Assembly: GCA_903899375.1 (NCBI GenBank)
Contig: CAIUIT010000081.1
Span: forward strand, 1-63,060
DNA: 63,060 nucleotides
Source of the DNA: an uncultured Actinomycetes bacterium
GTDB lineage: Bacteria > Actinomycetota > Actinomycetes > Nanopelagicales > Nanopelagicaceae
Reading direction: 5' to 3'
The notes under the pieces are model-generated. The model was not told the DNA's origin. It worked only from the letters and a program-made list of their open reading frames with translations, and searched no databases. Shown here piece by piece: positions 59,108 through 63,060 of this stretch (position 1 is the first letter of the stretch; each line of letters opens with the position of its first letter). A program made the position numbers and the translations under genes.

Positions 59108-61672
59108 ATGAAACGGTTACTGCTCATCGACGGCCACTCCATGGCCTATCGCGCCTTCTATGCGCTCCCAGTAGAGAACTTTCGAAGTAGCAAGGGCCAG
59201 GCAACCAATGCAGTTTATGGCTTTGGCTCGATGTTGGTAAACCTCATCTCTCAAGAGAAACCCACGCACATCGCCGTAGCCTTCGATGTCTCACGTAAAA
59301 CTTTCCGCACCGAGATTTTTCCCGAGTACAAAGCAACGCGCGCTGCTACACCCGATGAGTTTCGCTCGCAGCTGTCCTATATCAATGAACTTGTAGATTC
59401 TCTTGGTATTGCGCGCTTTGCGATGGAGGGCTTTGAAGCAGATGATATTTTGGCGACGCTGTCTACGAGGGCAGTAGCAGAAGGTTGTGAAGTTCTCATC
59501 TGTTCTGGCGACAGAGACTCGTTTCAGCTCGTAACATCGCAGATCACAGTGCTCTACCCTAAAAAGGGAGTAACTGAGATGAACCGTATGACCCCTGAGG
59601 CGGTCTTCGAAAAATATGGCCTCACCCCGCTTCAATATCCAGACTTTGCCGCCCTGCGCGGAGATCCGAGCGATAACCTGCCATCCGTACCGGGAGTGGG
59701 CGAGAAGACGGCAACGAAGTGGATTGCAGATTTTGGCTCCTTGACGGCGCTGACCGATGCAATTGATTCTATTCCGGGGAAGGTGGGAGATTCCCTTCGT
59801 TCTAATATCTCCCTAGTTCTGCTAAATCGCGAACTCACATCACTGCGCCATGATCTGGCGATCGATGCAGCCATCGATGATTTGGCATGGGCCGGTCCCG
59901 ATCTAACCCAAGTTGAGGCCCTGCTTGATACTCTTGAAATAAAAGCGCTTAAAGATCGTATTCATGCACTTGGCCAGAAGACTCCCAAGGCGGTATCAGT
60001 TCAACCGAGTTCTGAGATTCCTACTATTTCTGCTGCGCAATTAGCAATGAATCTTAAGAATCGCACGGAACCAATAGCGCTCTTTTCGACGGGTCGATTA
60101 CGAGATGGCGGATTTTCGATTGCGTTGTCGGCAACGGAGATATACAAAGTCGATGAAGCTGCGGGGGATTGGTTACTCGACGTCGATCTTCCAAAATGGG
60201 TGCATGGAGCAAAGCGCGCTCTGCGCAGTGAAGAGATCGCAGGCATCGTATTTGATACCGAGTTGGCCGCCTACTTGATCAATCCTGGTGGTAGGAATCT
60301 TGAGCTGACGGATTTAGCGCAGCGCTTCCTTGAGATATCTATCCCTGAAGTAACGGACGATCTCTTTTCTACCTTTAATCCGCTCCTCGCTGGAACGATT
60401 TTTGAACTAGTACCCGTCCTTCGCCAAGAGATGTCCGATCGATCGCTCATAGATTTGTACAACAATCTAGAGATGCCTACCGCCTTCGAGTTGGCCGATA
60501 TGGAACATCTGGGAATAGCGGTAGATAAGTCGAAACTTGAGAATTTACGTGCTTTCTTCTTGCAGGAGGTCGATCGTGAAACCACTGCGGCACATAAGGT
60601 GGTGGGCCACGAATTTAATATTGGATCGCCGAAGCAACTCCAGGTAGTTCTCTTTGACGAGCTGCAGCTTCCTAAAACCAAGAAGATCAAGACTGGCTTT
60701 ACAACCGATGCTGAAAGTTTGGAGTGGTTAGGGACGAAAACTGGCCATCCAATCCTCTCCCACCTACTGCGTATTCGCGAAACCAGTAAATTGCTGACAA
60801 CCGTTGATGGCCTATTAAATGCTATCGCCGATGATGGTCGAATCCACACTACATTTCAGCAGACGGTAGCTGCGACCGGGCGCCTATCTTCCACCGAACC
60901 CAACCTGCAGAATATTCCGGTTCGCACGCAAGAGGGTCGCCGCATCCGTGATTGCTTTATCGCCGCTAAGCCTTACATCCATCTTCTGACTGCGGATTAC
61001 AGCCAGATTGAGATGCGCATCATGGCCCACCTCTCCAAAGACGCGGGTCTGATAGCAGCCTTTAAAAGTGGCGAGGATCTGCACAGCACGGTGGGTGCTC
61101 AAGTATTTGGCGTTTCAGTACAAGACGTGGATCCAGAGATGCGTCGCCAAATTAAGGCGATGTCATACGGACTTGCCTACGGATTATCTGCTTACGGTTT
61201 GGCGCAGCAACTCAACCTTTCGCCCGGCGATGCCCAAGAGTTAATGCATCAATACTTTAAACGCTTTGGTGGGATCCAGGATTACTTGAAGATAGTGGTC
61301 GAAGAGGCTCGAGCCAAGGGCTATACCGAAACGATTTTGGGAAGGCGGCGTTATCTTCCAGATCTTTCCAGCGATAACCGGCAGCGTCGCGAGGTCGCTG
61401 AGCGCATGGCGTTAAACGCTCCGATTCAAGGTTCTGCTGCAGACATTATTAAGGTGGCGATGCTGAATGTGGCACGAGTTCTACAGAAGGACAAGTACGA
61501 ATCGCGCTTGCTGTTGCAGGTACACGATGAACTCATATTTGAAGTTGCTGCGGGCGAAGAGGATCGATTATCCGAGATGGTTCGGCAAGAAATGGAGAGC
61601 GCGGTCGAGCTTTCACTTCCGCTCTCAGTCAATATTGGTACGGGTTTGAGCTGGGATTTAGCAGCCCACTAG
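59108..61672 (+). CDS. polA: DNA polymerase I
   Basis: 5'-nuclease N-terminus (LLLIDGHSMAYRAFYAL, GDPSDNLPSVPGVGEKTA) and polymerase motifs (DYSQIEMRIMAHLS, QVHDELIFE). Confidence 0.96.
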   Translation: MKRLLLIDGHSMAYRAFYALPVENFRSSKGQATNAVYGFGSMLVNLISQEKPTHIAVAFDVSRKTFRTEIFPEYKATRAATPDEFRSQLSYINELVDSLGIARFAMEGFEADDILATLSTRAVAEGCEVLICSGDRDSFQLVTSQITVLYPKKGVTEMNRMTPEAVFEKYGLTPLQYPDFAALRGDPSDNLPSVPGVGEKTATKWIADFGSLTALTDAIDSIPGKVGDSLRSNISLVLLNRELTSLRHDLAIDAAIDDLAWAGPDLTQVEALLDTLEIKALKDRIHALGQKTPKAVSVQPSSEIPTISAAQLAMNLKNRTEPIALFSTGRLRDGGFSIALSATEIYKVDEAAGDWLLDVDLPKWVHGAKRALRSEEIAGIVFDTELAAYLINPGGRNLELTDLAQRFLEISIPEVTDDLFSTFNPLLAGTIFELVPVLRQEMSDRSLIDLYNNLEMPTAFELADMEHLGIAVDKSKLENLRAFFLQEVDRETTAAHKVVGHEFNIGSPKQLQVVLFDELQLPKTKKIKTGFTTDAESLEWLGTKTGHPILSHLLRIRETSKLLTTVDGLLNAIADDGRIHTTFQQTVAATGRLSSTEPNLQNIPVRTQEGRRIRDCFIAAKPYIHLLTADYSQIEMRIMAHLSKDAGLIAAFKSGEDLHSTVGAQVFGVSVQDVDPEMRRQIKAMSYGLAYGLSAYGLAQQLNLSPGDAQELMHQYFKRFGGIQDYLKIVVEEARAKGYTETILGRRRYLPDLSSDNRQRREVAERMALNAPIQGSAADIIKVAMLNVARVLQKDKYESRLLLQVHDELIFEVAAGEEDRLSEMVRQEMESAVELSLPLSVNIGTGLSWDLAAH

Positions 61673-62862
61673 GCGCTGATATTGCTCCGGTCGAAGGGCT
61701 GCAACCACCGCTGACCAGCTAAAATTAAAATGAAACCCGCTCCAAACATCAGAGTTGTGATCGCGAAACAATAATGCGGGGAGAAGTGTTGCGAGATAAA
61801 ACCTCCACTTGATTGTCCAAGCGCTCCAAATGTTCCCTCGGTGGTCCAAAGCCAACCAATTGCGGCGGCCCCACTGCCATACGGCCGAATTACTTCAAGT
61901 TGTTCTAAGTAGAAAACCTGCTCGGCACCTCCAATAAAGCCAAAGAGAGATAAAACAACTAAGAGCGACCAGCCTGGATTCACAAAGGCAAAAGGAAGGG
62001 TTGTGAGAAACCAGAAGAGATAGATAATTCGAAAGCCTTTAACCGGCGCGATATGCCGACCAAGTGAACCTGCGATGAGACTTCCGAAGATGGAAAGTGC
62101 AGCGGTGGTTCCAAATGCGAGGCCAGCAAATTGCGGTTGATTGTGCAGAGAACTAATGGCTGGAATGGCAATCTGATATGTACCAGTACCAAAACCAATG
62201 AGGACACCTTCGGCCATCAATAATCTAAACCCTGGGGTCTTGAGGAGAGTCTGCCCACCACGCTCACGTTTTTCAGGACGCCATTCCTTGCTGAACTTAA
62301 GGGAAGAAAGCGCAATCCCACCAATGAATATTAAGCAAGCCGTGGCTATTAGTCCGCTCGCTGGATGACTAGAGAGTGCAAGCGTCGTTGCAAGAGCTGG
62401 TCCAAGCACGACGCCGAGATTCATGGATGCGGTATCGATTGCGATAGCAGTTCGATATTGATCTTCTGGAACGGCAGTGCGCCACATGGGGCGTACCGAG
62501 AGATTGATAGGGGGAGCGGTGAAACCAAGGATTCCAGCGAAGACGATCAAGAGTGTGGCGCCGTGGCAGGCCGAGAGCGAGGCAAGGGCAATGGCATAAC
62601 CTGGCACAAAGACTCGCAGTGGGATTTTTAACCCCATCCGATCAATCGCAGCTGCGCGTAGCCCGGTGCTCAGCGAGCCCACGACTCCATTTACTCCCGC
62701 TGCTAGACCGGCGAGTGCGATGGAGTGGGTGTCATCGTGGACTTTGAAGTAAATATCGAGGCCAACCATGCCGTAGGCAAGACGGGCTGGGAAAGCTGCC
62801 AGCATCATCGCTAGCGCTCTTGGATTACGTAAAATCGCCCAATATGCCCGCACAGAGAGCAT
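61669..62862 (-). CDS. MFS-family transporter, substrate unknown
   Basis: 397 aa with about 12 hydrophobic segments. It is convergent with polA, and the two stop codons share the tetranucleotide CTAG. Confidence 0.7.
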   Translation of the reverse strand: MLSVRAYWAILRNPRALAMMLAAFPARLAYGMVGLDIYFKVHDDTHSIALAGLAAGVNGVVGSLSTGLRAAAIDRMGLKIPLRVFVPGYAIALASLSACHGATLLIVFAGILGFTAPPINLSVRPMWRTAVPEDQYRTAIAIDTASMNLGVVLGPALATTLALSSHPASGLIATACLIFIGGIALSSLKFSKEWRPEKRERGGQTLLKTPGFRLLMAEGVLIGFGTGTYQIAIPAISSLHNQPQFAGLAFGTTAALSIFGSLIAGSLGRHIAPVKGFRIIYLFWFLTTLPFAFVNPGWSLLVVLSLFGFIGGAEQVFYLEQLEVIRPYGSGAAAIGWLWTTEGTFGALGQSSGGFISQHFSPHYCFAITTLMFGAGFILILAGQRWLQPFDRSNISA

Positions 62863-62977
62863 TCTAGCCCGCCTTCTAGATACCCGGTTTGAACTTTAAT
62901 CTGAGCGTAAGTACCCTTAGCCTCTCGCACACCGTGCGATATTTACCACCTTCTACTTTCTATCCCTACGGAGCAAA

Positions 62978-63060
62978 TTGAGCACTATTCACGCAGTAAA
63001 TGACATTGGCAGCGCGGAAGATTTTCTAGCCGCAATCGAAGGCACAATCAAGAATTTCAA
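62978..63060 (+). CDS. rpsA: 30S ribosomal protein S1, first ~27 codons (3' end cut by window edge)
   Basis: From the TTG at 62978 (GGAG 4 nt upstream) the translation is STIHAVNDIGSAEDFLAAIEGTIKNF. This matches the conserved actinobacterial S1 N-terminus (..VNDIGSAEDFLAAI..TIK.FN). It is not in the ORF track because it is truncated. Confidence 0.75.
   Translation, partial: MSTIHAVNDIGSAEDFLAAIEGTIKNF

Noticed and set aside
1-63060. Search for CRISPR arrays, IS elements, integrases, prophage or defence islands, and long repeats
   Set aside because: None were seen. The spacers are short, every long ORF is a recognisable housekeeping gene in conserved order, and the only repeats are the coding Lys/Ala repeat and the short mraZ-upstream boxes.

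Overview
This window is a 63-kb stretch of conserved actinobacterial core chromosome, densely packed and mostly on the + strand. By eye the GC content is moderate, lower than in Streptomyces or Mycobacterium, which fits a streamlined actinobacterium. From memory, the gene order closely follows the Streptomyces/Mycobacterium arrangement.

Gene order:
- dnaE2 (truncated at the window edge), dinB, a DUF3040 gene, and a three-gene ABC-2 exporter on the - strand.
- The complete dcw cluster: mraZ, rsmH, ftsL-like, ftsI, murE, murF, mraY, murD, ftsW, murG, murC, ftsQ, ftsZ.
- pgeF, yggS, sepF, yggT, then ileS on the - strand.
- A lysine-rich/DksA-type zinc-finger protein, lspA, rluD, and dnaE1.
- hisD, hisC, hisB, hisH, hisA, hisF, hisI.
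- trpE, a small ORF, trpC, trpB, trpA.
- MauE/DoxX-like gene, DsbA-like gene, lgt, and a VIT-family gene.
- gltB, gltD, pyk, one tRNA, and an ANTAR response regulator.
- A liv-type branched-chain amino acid ABC operon.
- A hotdog thioesterase (- strand), polA, an MFS transporter (- strand), and the first codons of rpsA.

Many neighbouring genes overlap by 1-4 nt (ATGA, GTGA, TTGA, TAATG), so long translationally coupled strings are likely.

I see no rRNA, CRISPR array, transposase, integrase, phage gene or recognisable defence gene. I cannot honestly point to a novel multi-gene system; this is a housekeeping region.

The items most worth a second look are local:
1. A well-folded 73-nt tRNA has a Leu anticodon (CAA) and a Leu-like D arm but no long variable arm.
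2. That tRNA ends 1 nt before the ATG of the ANTAR regulator gene.
3. The conserved N-terminus of lspA has no canonical start codon.
4. An unlisted 51-codon membrane ORF is wedged between trpE and trpC.
5. GTGG boxes sit in 10-bp register upstream of mraZ.
6. divIVA is absent from its usual slot after yggT.

All protein calls rest on motif recognition and synteny only. No database search was possible.
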